DNA of 63,989 nucleotides, the filler included, from Thelocarpon superellum (lineage: Eukaryota), in assembly GCA_026025795.1 (NCBI GenBank). It is 5 parts of 5 records of this genome, joined end to end, with 100 filler letters (N's around TTAATTAATTAA, not from the genome) between each part and the next. Parts side by side here need not be neighbours in the genome. Positions count along the whole stretch, not along the records: positions 13,183 to 26,229 come from JAPEUG010000466.1; positions 26,330 to 39,363 come from JAPEUG010000467.1; 3 more parts are not named here. One strand, given 5' to 3'. Position numbers and translations under genes: made by a program. Under the pieces are notes generated by a model. The model ran no database searches. It was not told where the DNA came from and saw only the letters and a program-made list of their open reading frames with translations. Of this stretch, positions 24,058 through 34,053 are shown in pieces; the stretch's first letter is position 1; the number at the start of each line of letters is the position of its first letter.

Positions 24058-24943
24058 ATGGCCGAATCGGACAAGAAGGACGTGGCGTGGTATCAAGCCG
24101 AGATCGGCGGTATCCCTGCGCCCGTGCGCAAGCTCTTCGAGACGTACAGCGGCATCGCGCCGGACCGCGTCGAGCCTCACATCTTGGAAGTGGTAGGTGG
24201 CATGGCTCCCTTTCGGGAGCACAATGACGAGGACATCAGACTGATCTGATCTACCACAGCGTGACCGGGCCTGGAAGGTCTGGCCCTATCCCTGCATCGG
24301 GCTCTTCCGCTTCCTCGATCTCGGCATCAGTGAGTCGCAGTCGTATCCGGAGATCATCGACCGCCTCAAGCATGGCGAGTGCCTGCTCGACCTGGGATGC
24401 TGCTTCGGCCAGGAAATCCGCAAGCTGGTGGCCGATGGCGCGCCGTCCGAAAACACCTATGGCGCCGACCTCCACGGCGAATTCATCGAGGCCGGATACG
24501 ACCTGTTCCAGGACAAGGGCAAGCTGAAGACCAAGTTCCTGACGGCCGACATCCTGGACCCGTCCTCGGCCTTCACGCAGCTGGATGGGAAGCTAGACAT
24601 GATCTGGGTCGGGTCCTTCCTGCACCTCTTCGGCTGGGACGACCAGGTCAACGTGGCGACGCGCCTCGTCCAGCTGCTCCGGACTCGCAAGGGATCCGTG
24701 GTATTCGGACGCCAGGCCGGCAATATCACGCCCGGCGAGATCCCGCATTCCGCCAATGCCGGCGGCACCATGTACCGTCATGATCCGGCCAGCTTCGAGA
24801 AACTGTGGCAGGAGGTGGGCAAGGTCACCGGCACCAAGTGGAACGTCAAGGCCCGTCTGGAGGAGATCAAGGAGGGTCCCAAGGGCGGCGCCTGGAATGA
24901 CCCCAACGCTCGTCTCCTCCTCTTTGCCGTCCATCGGGAATGA
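24058..24943 (+). CDS. Class I SAM-dependent methyltransferase, AusD/Trt5/AdrK-like family
   Basis: One intron (24193-24259). The spliced protein has RDRAWKVWPYPCIGLFRFLDL, SAM motif LLDLGCCFGQEIRKLVADG, GSFLHLFGWDDQ and YRHDPASFEKLW. Confidence 0.88.
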
Positions 24944-25444
24944 CGGCTCGACTGAACCACGGGCACCGACTTGGAAGAAGCTTTCGGTCTGGTCGAGTCC
25001 ACGGAAGGCACCGCTGGATCAGTAGCTCCATAGCTAGTCCGCAGAACCATGGTCTTCACTCAGAGTCCTGATAGAAGGTCACAAGCAGTGAAAATGAGAG
25101 GATCGACTTGGTTAGGATTCCGCATGTTCAGAGTTCCTCCGTTCCTTGCCGAGTGATCTGTGAGATGGTTAGGGGCAAGTATCAGACTTCTGGTGAAGTC
25201 CCGGCGGGATAGATCGAGCGCTAAGAAAGACCCAATTTTGCGGCGTGACTACTGGCGCCCCCCAGCGAGTCGAGACCGGATGCCGTCAGGGGAAAGCAGA
25301 AGGTGTAGGAATCAGGGCTGAATTGCTAATCTACGCGTAGTCTGGGATAGTAATAGGAGTGGGCACGTGACCAGACCACGTGCGCGCTCCTACAAAGGTA
25401 TAATTCGTCCGTTCCCCGCCTACGGGGAAGAACCGATCGCTTAC

Positions 25445-25481
25445 CTTCATCTTCATCTTCATCTTCATCTCCATCTCCATC
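25445..25481. repeat. (CTTCAT/CTCCAT)n hexanucleotide microsatellite
   Basis: cttcatcttcatcttcatcttcatctccatctccat is seen directly. Confidence 0.8.
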
Positions 25482-25913
25482 CGCATCTGTGGTCTGATGC
25501 TCGGTTTGAATACTGACACGTCAACTCCTACAGGTCGCTGGCTGATGACATTTCGCCAACGACCACACGGCTGATCAAGCCCGATCACGTGGATGATGTT
25601 GGCCCACGTCGGTTATGTGGAAGACGAGTAGCATCATGGCCACGAGTACTGCTATTTACGACCTACTACGCCTACTAGGTGTAGTAATAGTAAATTTGTA
25701 ATCATAGCAATAGTGCTGCTTATAGCAATAGCGAAGTGTTGTCAGTGAGGGGTCGGCGGTCGAGACTGAGATTCGCAATGCACTTGATCAACACCCGTCC
25801 AACACCCGTCAAACACTCCACTCATCAGCCACGCGGGCTTTTGACAACTCTGTACTGGTCAAAGACTAATGGCGTCTTGCTGGAACCTCCCTTCGAGGAC
25901 CCTTTCGTGCGAA

Positions 25914-26077
25914 TGGACGGCGAGACAGCGGAGCTGGTTCTGGCGCTGCAAAAGCAGGACTTAGAGGAGCTTCTCGTACTCATAAAGGCAAAAGAGAAGG
26001 CAGGTCCTGTGCCAGATTCTCAGCTCTCAATGCAGCTCTACCGCGACGAACTGCACCACGGCGAGACCGTCCTCTGA
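25914..26077 (+). pseudogene. Possible truncated N-terminal fragment of a fungal IBR/RBR-type E3 ligase
   Basis: MDGETAELVLALQKQDLEEL..KAKEKAGPVPDSQLSMQLYRDEL resembles the helical N-terminus of fungal IBR-finger proteins. It stops after 54 codons near the contig end. Confidence 0.35.
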
Positions 26078-26229
26078 TATAAAACGGGATGGGTTAGTTT
26101 CAGGACCAGAATCGGGATCTGTACAGGGCCGGTTAAGAGGTGGGAACAAGGAGAGGCTTACTGTAGGAATCGGGCACAGGACCAGCGCGCCACGCTAGCC
26201 AAAGGACACAGCCTCCTTGAAGGAGGCGT

Positions 26230-26329
26230 NNNNNNNNNNNNNNNNNNNNNNNNNNNNNNNNNNNNNNNNNNNNTTAATTAATTAANNNNNNNNNNNNNNN
26301 NNNNNNNNNNNNNNNNNNNNNNNNNNNNN
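26230..26329. other. Artificial contig linker
   Basis: Same N44-TTAATTAATTAA-N44 structure. Confidence 0.97.
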
Positions 26330-27284
26330 GCACCTGGCACCTGTTCGCGGACATGCGCACGGCAAACAGTGGGCGACCGTAGGGTACAGCGAGAGATGGC
26401 TTTTGTGCATCTGCATAATCGCACAGGCACGGGCGCGCGGTCCTGTCAGTGGCAAAATCGGTTGCGCCAGCAAGGGTCATCCCAGCCGGACCGCGTGCTC
26501 TCGTTCTCACTACTGCACAGGTACTTGGTACGGGAACGTGGTCTGCACAGGTATCTGACTTGGTACAGGAACGTGGACCGCACCAGCGCATCGTATGGGA
26601 AGGCAGTCAAAGCGATCGAACTGCATCAGTACCCGTACTAGGACTTGGTACGAGGACGAGAGCGTGAGGGTCAACGCGACCGAAAACCCGAGCCAGACCG
26701 TGTCCTCTCCCTCGGCTCTGCCGGCACCAGGCGAGCACCGGCGCCATACGCCAAGGACGGCCTGTGCGGAGAGCAGGTACGAATACCACCCGCAGGTGTA
26801 GGCAACGCGGACCAACGGTGCATCCGGCAGAACAGGCGACGGGATGGCGTGAAGGGCGATATTGTACTTGAGGGAGAGACCGTGGTTGGTCCACCCATGC
26901 CCGTGCCCGTGCCCGTGCCCCTCCCTTTTCGTCCGGCCGGATCGTGGTGGCCCAGGAGCTACGGTACGATGGCGCTGCATCATGAGGCGGTCCTGTAATA
27001 TTTGCCAGTGAAATACACTACCATACGAGTATACGAGCACGGGCCGGCTGCCTTCGAAGTTTGGGCGGTCAGGCATCATGGCGCGCCGTGGGTCATGGAC
27101 GAACCGGAGAAGTTTTGGGCCCAGATATGTGAGTTTGGCATAGATAAGGATGCCATGTAGAGATGCATCGTCCACGACGGCGAGACGTCACGTCGTGCTC
27201 ACGTCACGTCGTGCTCATGCCACGGGACGTGGGCGTGGCGTGGCGGCCGCGGTGGATGAGGAGGGTGGGACCACGCCCACTTCA

Positions 27285-30200
27285 TCAAACGCCATCGGTC
27301 GACGGGATGCTCCCGGCATGTCCGAGACTCCCTGCCTCATCACCCAGCTCCCTCTCCCCCGCCGCCGCCGATGGAGCACGTGAGCGTGATCGTTCGACGC
27401 GTTCCGCGCGCTCGCGCATTCGCTCCTGCTCCGCCGCCATGACCCGGGCCCGGCGGTCAAGCACGTCGTCGCGTTGGACGACGCTCTTCAAGGCTTCGCT
27501 GGCCTGGAGGAGCCCGTCGATGCTGATGGCGTGATTGGTCATCTGGTGATTGATGTAGCTGTACGCCCGCGCCGGCGTCTTGCAGTCAAGCAGGGCGGGC
27601 TCATTGAGCTTCAGCAGGGCCAGGGCCACCTGGAAGAGGAAGGTGGAGCCATCGTTGGTGCACAGCACCACGTCCCACACCCGGAACAACGCCTCGGCCG
27701 AGAGACAGTCGGTGAAGACGGACAGGAACCATTGGAAGGTGAGGGCCTCGAGCTCGATGCCGAGGGCGTCCAGGTGGGCCGATAGAGTGGGCAGGACCTC
27801 CGTCACGTAGCCTCGCAGGACCTGTTGGTCGGCGCGACTGGCCAGCAAGGAATGGTCGTAATAGTGGGGGGGCAGGATGTTCTCGATCATGCTCGTCAGC
27901 ACCCAAAATGCATCTTCCGCCGTGGGCATGATGAGGAGCAACGAGGCCGTGATGAGGTTCATGCCCTGGCAGTAGCCGACGTTGGGATTCCGGTGCGAGT
28001 AGGCCCGCAGCACCTCGTCCAGCTTCGCCACGCCGGGCCCCTTGCGGAAGAAGATGTTGTCGGTGAGGGTACGATGGATGTCCATGCCGATCTGCACCAC
28101 CACGGCCACATCGTCCGCGCCGTTCTTCACCAGATCTTCGTACTGGCCGGGCACGCGCAGCGCCGATGCCCCGCTACACTCGGCCCAGATCTTGGCGCGA
28201 TAGGCCACGGGGATGCCGCCGAGCACCAGGCCCTTGAACTCCCGCCACTTGGCCCGGCCAACCTTGCCCTTGTTGCCCAGGCCGGCCACGCCCACCATCT
28301 CCCCGTCCGCCAGGGACACTTCTGGCATGACCGCCTTGCTCATTCGGCCCTCGCCCCCGACTCCGGCCGCGGCTTCGCCTTCTCGTCGCCGTTCCGCTCG
28401 CACCTTGCGGAGAAACTCGTTCCACTTGACGGTTCGGTCCCGCTGCAGCGAGTCGTGCAGCTCCGTGAGCTGCTCGAGCAGAAGCCGGACCGGTTCCGGC
28501 GTGTCTTTGGGCGCCAGGGCGAGATCGGTAGGCCCCGTCGGAATGTCTTTGGCAAAGGTCGCGCTCTCCACCACGATAGGGGAAGTAAGCGGGGGCGGGA
28601 TCGCACTCGCCGATGGCAGCGGACCTCGTCCAGGTCCGACGATTGGCGCAGGCTTCGCGGTACCATCGGCGTCGACGGTGCGGAGGGTGAGGATGGCGCC
28701 AGCGGACGGTGTGTGAGAGAGGAGCTCGGTCGGATAGGTGGCGGTCTTGAGAAAGTCCTGCCATCCTTTGATGGGGTTGGACCGACCTCGCTCAACCTCC
28801 GTCGATCGGCCGGTGGTCGGTCGTGAGCCGTGTTGCGAGCCGGAATGGGTTGACTCGGTCTCGATGGGAGAGCCTCTGTCGCTCTCCGTGTCTACCTCCG
28901 CCCGGGCGAAGGAGGTCCGCGAGGGACTCAGCATCTCAAGCTTGCCCGCCGGGCCTCCCTCGCCGTTCGTCCGCTCAGCCGCCTCCCGCTGCCGCCGCTT
29001 CCGACGGTGATCGTAAATGAAGCCGAAGCGGTCGGTGAGATAGTCGGTGGCATGATAGGCGTGGTAGGTTTGGAGCAGCGTCGGGGGCCGGGAGTCGGGC
29101 GGAAGGATCGTGTCCATCTCCACTGGCCCCACGTTGCTAGATTGATGCAGCACATCAGAGCCATGCGGGCTCGAAGTTCCAGGCATCGACGTGGCCGAGG
29201 TCGGGGCTTTGACCGTGCCATTCGGGCCCAGATGCGAAGCGGCGGTGGAACGACGGGGCTTCTGCTCGCTCGACGGCGGGCCTCGTGTCCGCGGCTGAGG
29301 TGTGTGGCCCGAAGTGGCCGAGCCAATGGAGCTAATGGACGGCTGCCGCGAGCCCCGCGAGCCCGGCGGATCTCGCGGCAGCATGGGTTCACGCTTGCCG
29401 CCCTGCGGATTTCCGGCCACGAGCTTGAGGGCCCACGCGGCGACGGACGAGGCAGACTTGTTAGACTGCGCGTCCGAGTCCAGGTCATCCGTCGGGACCG
29501 TCTGCGACGTCTGCGAGACCGCCATCGGCTGGCTCGTAGGCGGGTTGAAGCTCCGCGAGCGTTCCATCTCTGGGGGCTGGAAGAGGTTGCTCTGCAGCCC
29601 TTTCCGACGAATGCCGCCGGTGCTCGGCATCCGCGCTTTAGGCGTCGCCTCCGTGTCGTCGCTCAAGTCACGCACCGTGCCGGGAGCGTCCCCTCCCTTG
29701 CGCGTCGTCCCAGCGCCCCCCAAAAGGTAGTCTCGCCATCCTTTGGCCGGCGGCCTTGACCGAGCGTTTGGGAGGCGAGGTGGATCGAGGATCCCCGAGA
29801 GATGCTCCGATGCATCCGGCGGCCGCTCATCCACGTCCGAGCCGCCCCGGCCCAGGTAGCCGGAGCCGAAGATATCGGCCGGGCCGACATCTTCACTCAT
29901 GGCTTGACCCATCAACTCATCGATGCCGTGGTCGGCAGGTGGTAGCTGGTCGGCATCGTCGCTTCTTTCGGAGTCGACGACGGAGAGGGACTTCTCGTTT
30001 TCGCTCAGGCGGGTTTCAATGTCCTGATGGGAGACTTCGCAATCACGGAGCATCTTGCGCAGAATCCGCTCCCGTTCTTCGGCGCGTCGTCGTAGGGCGG
30101 TGGCCTGGGCATCTCGCTGTGCCAGGTCCTGCGCCAGTTGTCGGACGAGGGCGATCGCGCCATTACGGGCAATCAGTCGTTCGATATGTTCGTCGGTGGT

Positions 30201-30650
30201 GTAGTGCAGGGCGCCCGGGACGTGGTGGAGGTGGAGCGGGGTGTCGTCGAAGAGGGCGGAGCGGGACGGGGTGGACGGGGCGGGGGTCATGAGTGTGTCG
30301 ACGGATGGGGGGGCGTAGGCGGCCGATCGCTGGGGGGAGGTCGGGCGTGAGGGTCGAAGGGCGTTGGGCGGAGGATGGGGTCGTAGATCGATGGGCGATG
30401 AGGGCGGCGATAAGGATGGAAAGGAGGTCAAGGACTTGTCCGAGGGCGAGGCCGTGGGGATGATGGAGGCACTGGGCTGGTTCCGCCGTGCTTTCGTTCG
30501 GGCCCGGCTGGAGCGCCGACTGGCGTTGGAGGCGTTGGACTGGTAGGATGACGTCCGTTGCATGGCGCCATGCTCCGTCGTTTCCATCTCGTCCGGGCCG
30601 GTCGATGCTTGTGCCTCGAGGATCGCATCGGGAGCGCTTCTAGGGATCAT
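27285..30650 (-). CDS. TBC-domain Rab GTPase-activating protein
   Basis: Long ORF with LTDRFGFIY, GGIPVAYRAKIW, IGMDIHRT (Arg finger), VGYCQGMN (Gln finger) and FQWFLSVF..RVWD. The start codon is uncertain. Confidence 0.9.
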   Translation of the reverse strand: MIPRSAPDAILEAQASTGPDEMETTEHGAMQRTSSYQSNASNASRRSSRARTKARRNQPSASIIPTASPSDKSLTSFPSLSPPSSPIDLRPHPPPNALRPSRPTSPQRSAAYAPPSVDTLMTPAPSTPSRSALFDDTPLHLHHVPGALHYTTDEHIERLIARNGAIALVRQLAQDLAQRDAQATALRRRAEERERILRKMLRDCEVSHQDIETRLSENEKSLSVVDSERSDDADQLPPADHGIDELMGQAMSEDVGPADIFGSGYLGRGGSDVDERPPDASEHLSGILDPPRLPNARSRPPAKGWRDYLLGGAGTTRKGGDAPGTVRDLSDDTEATPKARMPSTGGIRRKGLQSNLFQPPEMERSRSFNPPTSQPMAVSQTSQTVPTDDLDSDAQSNKSASSVAAWALKLVAGNPQGGKREPMLPRDPPGSRGSRQPSISSIGSATSGHTPQPRTRGPPSSEQKPRRSTAASHLGPNGTVKAPTSATSMPGTSSPHGSDVLHQSSNVGPVEMDTILPPDSRPPTLLQTYHAYHATDYLTDRFGFIYDHRRKRRQREAAERTNGEGGPAGKLEMLSPSRTSFARAEVDTESDRGSPIETESTHSGSQHGSRPTTGRSTEVERGRSNPIKGWQDFLKTATYPTELLSHTPSAGAILTLRTVDADGTAKPAPIVGPGRGPLPSASAIPPPLTSPIVVESATFAKDIPTGPTDLALAPKDTPEPVRLLLEQLTELHDSLQRDRTVKWNEFLRKVRAERRREGEAAAGVGGEGRMSKAVMPEVSLADGEMVGVAGLGNKGKVGRAKWREFKGLVLGGIPVAYRAKIWAECSGASALRVPGQYEDLVKNGADDVAVVVQIGMDIHRTLTDNIFFRKGPGVAKLDEVLRAYSHRNPNVGYCQGMNLITASLLLIMPTAEDAFWVLTSMIENILPPHYYDHSLLASRADQQVLRGYVTEVLPTLSAHLDALGIELEALTFQWFLSVFTDCLSAEALFRVWDVVLCTNDGSTFLFQVALALLKLNEPALLDCKTPARAYSYINHQMTNHAISIDGLLQASEALKSVVQRDDVLDRRARVMAAEQERMRERAERVERSRSRAPSAAAGERELGDEAGSLGHAGSIPSTDGV

Positions 30651-31485
30651 ATGGCCAGCCGGGGGTGCTGGTATTGTCACGATGAGATGGGATGGCGGGG
30701 CCCGACATGAGGGTGGATGCGGTGTTGACGCTGGGCATGTAAATCTGGTTTCCGCGATCCAGATATGCAAGATGCGTATCTTGTCATCTCGTCATCTCTA
30801 CCAAGGTTACAGTTGCCTACGGCGGCAAAGCGACCTTGCCCATGCCACTTCCACCTTGCACGCACACGTCTCATCCGATGCAAGGCACGTGGACGGCTAC
30901 GTTCCGGCGGACTCCAGCGACGATGCGATGGATGAGTCCGACTTCCAGGCAGCCTGGCGCCCTCAGACCCGAAGCCCGTGATGTGGGGGAATGCCTTCCT
31001 GCATGTCACTGCCGTGCCGACCCGTTATAAATGGTATTTTGACGGTGACGCGTCTGCTTCTTATGACATTATTATTGGTCGAAAACTGTAGAGTGTGCAT
31101 GTTGAAGGTCGCAGTTTTGATATTGCTCATCGTTGTTGCAAGGATGAACTGCTTGGACTCACTTGCATACCTTGCGTAGCATGCATGACCAGACGGGCGG
31201 GGGTCCTTAGGGATGAGGCTCGCAGCTGGCGGCTCATGTTAGTCACCATGTCACCCTGTCATCTTGTCACCCAACCGGCAATCAACGGGGTAACTAATCG
31301 CTAATCATCGCTCTACGCGTACCCAAAGATGGAGACGGCCGTGGCTGATGCGAGGCCGGACCGAGTGGTCGCCTGTGCCTCGGTTGTTTGGTGCCACGCC
31401 AACTATGCGTGATGGCTCCAGAGTCGAAGAGGGACAGGATCCGGACACCTCCACTTCTTCCTCCACATTCACGTCCAGAGGCAAA

Positions 31486-32620
31486 ATGACGTCGGCACCG
31501 AAGAAAAGATTGCAGCTCCTCAGCGAGCAATTACAAGTGCGGCCGCGGGACCCAGGCACGTTCGAGGACTTGCCCAAGGTGCTGAAGATCGCCGCGGATA
31601 TGGCGGGGCAGTAAGCTTCACCACCTTTGTTTGGAGTGCTCCATCGTACCGTGGCTTCGCGGGTGCCGCGCTGACGATAATCTAGGAGAGTAAAAGACAA
31701 AGTCATCATTGTCACAGGTGCGTTGGACACCCAAGGTCCCATCTCCACCTCTACCGGATGCTGACCCGCTCCAGGAGCCAATTCTGTCAAAGGGATTGGT
31801 CGTGCCAGCGCGCATCAATTCGCCCTGAACGGCGCCCGAGCTATCTATCTCTGCGATTTCATTGACAACCATCTATCCGCCCACCAGCGAGAGATTCAAT
31901 CCCTCCACCCTGGCGTTGAGATCCACACGCGTCAGTTCGACGCATCCGACAGTGCGGCGGTAAAAGCGGTGGTGGACGAGGCCCTGGAGCGCTATGGCCG
32001 GCTGGATATCTTTTTCGCAAATGCGGCCATTCTCGGCACGCCCAAGGTCGTCTCGGAGATCAAGGATGACGAGTTCATGCGGACGATGAAGGTAAACGTC
32101 TTGAGGTACGGACATGGCCCCGCCTCCTGGCGTGACAGGGAGCTCACATGAGGCCCGCAACAGCGTCTTCCTGGCCACAAAGTGGGCCGCCCCAGCCATG
32201 CTCCAGACCAGCACTGAGAAGCCTCATCCGAGCGGCTCGATCATCGGCACGGCGTCGGTGGCGGGGCTTCGATCTAACGCCGGGTCGAGCGACTACTCGG
32301 CGAGCAAAGCAGCGGTCATCTCGCTGATGCAGACGACGGCGTGGCAGCTCTCGGGCACCGGCGTGCGCTGTAATGCCCTCTGCCCCGGCCTGACGGAGAC
32401 GGGCATGACGTCCGACATGTATGACGCGGCGCGAGCCCGGGGTTCGGAGCAGAAGATTGGCCAGCTGAACCCGACGCGGCGCGGGGCTCACGCCGATGAA
32501 GTCGCCCGTGTCGCCCTCTTCTTGGCCAGTGACGAGGCTAGCTACGTCAACGGCCAGGCGTGGGCCGTCGATGGTGGCCTGAGCTCTGGCCATCCTGTCG
32601 TGCCGGGCAAGCTTGCCTGA
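31486..32620 (+). CDS. Short-chain dehydrogenase/reductase (3-oxoacyl-ACP reductase-like), 3 introns
   Basis: Spliced KVIIVTGANSVKGIG, GRLDIFFANA, catalytic S..YSASK and ASYVNGQAWAVDGG. Confidence 0.88.
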
Positions 32621-32868
32621 GCTCCTCTTTCCCGATCGGTGGTCATGTACCATCCGAATGTGATCTCATTCGAGAATATATCTCTCGCAAAAGCACAAAT
32701 CTAGACTATGCCTGCGTGGTCCATCACCCAAGTACGGCTCAAGGTCCTGGACTTGGAGACCTTGCTTAGCGGTGGGGTATATTATCCTGTCTCAATCTGG
32801 ATGCGTCAATGACACACGAACGTCACAACGCCGGTCCCGTTCCATTTCAGGGGTCGTGGCTTGACATG

Positions 32869-34053
32869 CTATCCAGCATCCAGGGCACGAGGGTCTAGAT
32901 CTTGGTGCAAGACATCGAGCACCCTTCGCTCATCGATGAATCCTAGCGGATTTGCAGCCATCGTCAGTTCAGGTGCATTCGGCTTAGGCTCGAACCCATC
33001 CTGGCCCGACGACGCGAAACCGGTCAGGCGCTCCATGGTCGAGTCGTCCGCGTCAGGACGGCCTAGATACTCCGACTCGCTCACAAAGCCTTCTGGCAGC
33101 AAATCAGGCGCGGAGGGCAGAACGTAGATGGTGGGAAACTCGAGCACTCTCCGGTCTCTGAGGCACTCCGATAAGGCCATGGTATGGGGGAGGGGAATGA
33201 GCACGCGCACGGTGCAGGGCGTGCGCGGGCGGAGCAGGTAGAAATGAGGTGTCGAGGAAGGAAGTGCGGGCGATGGCTCCATCGGCTCACCGTCAACCTT
33301 GCGCTTCTTTGCCAGACGTTGTCGCTCTTCTATCAGTCGCTCGTGACTTGCTTGCATACTGCTGGTCTCGAGCATTGAAGACACAGTGCGTGTCTCCGCT
33401 TCATCGATCCATTCTACGGTCCAGGATAAGCACTTCTGCCTGTGCATCGTTAGCGGTCGGTGGCGGACAGGCTCGACGTGCTAAATCGCACCTGCGGTTC
33501 CAGTGCGTCTGATTCTCTCGTTGCCGCTGCATCCCCTTAGGAGCGCGGTCCATAATCACGCCGCACCGGGCGAGGGCTGCGGTCATATTGACCTCTCCTC
33601 GTTGCAGCGGTCGACGTGCACCGCTGCGGGCTTGTTCACTCGCATCGAGGTCGATACCGCGGGCTGCTACATCGTGTTCGGTGGCCTCGAGATGCCGTTC
33701 GACGCCGACCAAGAAGTTGAAGTCGCGGTCGATGCCGGCCGGCGTCGCCAGATCCTCCCGCTTGACATAAGCGGCCGGATCGCGAAGGCCGGAGCATTGG
33801 GCCCAGAGCTTATGACGCTTGGAGCAGGCCAGCGAACAGGAGCGTAGGGCGCATCGTGGGCACCGATACTTGGGCACATTGGCATTACTGACGTAGGGAT
33901 CAGCATTAGAAGCGCGTCAGCAGAGTTTTGCGTCCGCGGCAGAATAGGGTCGCGGGTCGCATCAGCTATTGCATTTGAGCGGGACGCAAACACTCACCAT
34001 ATTGGGCACAGGTCGGTCAGGAGAGGCTCGTCGGCGGCGTCGGCCGTGGCCAT
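32869..34053 (-). CDS. BCD1: Box C/D snoRNA assembly factor (zf-HIT protein)
   Basis: Exon 1 LTDLCPIC joins exon 2 KYRCPRCALRSCSLACSKRHK..CSG.RDP (HIT zinc finger). Further motifs DRDFNFL, PKGMQR, WTVEW and VLEFPTIYV. Confidence 0.87.

Noticed and set aside
26513..26655. CRISPR-like or iteron-like repeat
   Set aside because: There are only two imperfect adjacent units, no spacers, and the context is eukaryotic.
31486..32620. SDR as a tailoring reductase of the NRPS-like cluster
   Set aside because: It lies on a different contig across an artificial linker, among housekeeping genes.
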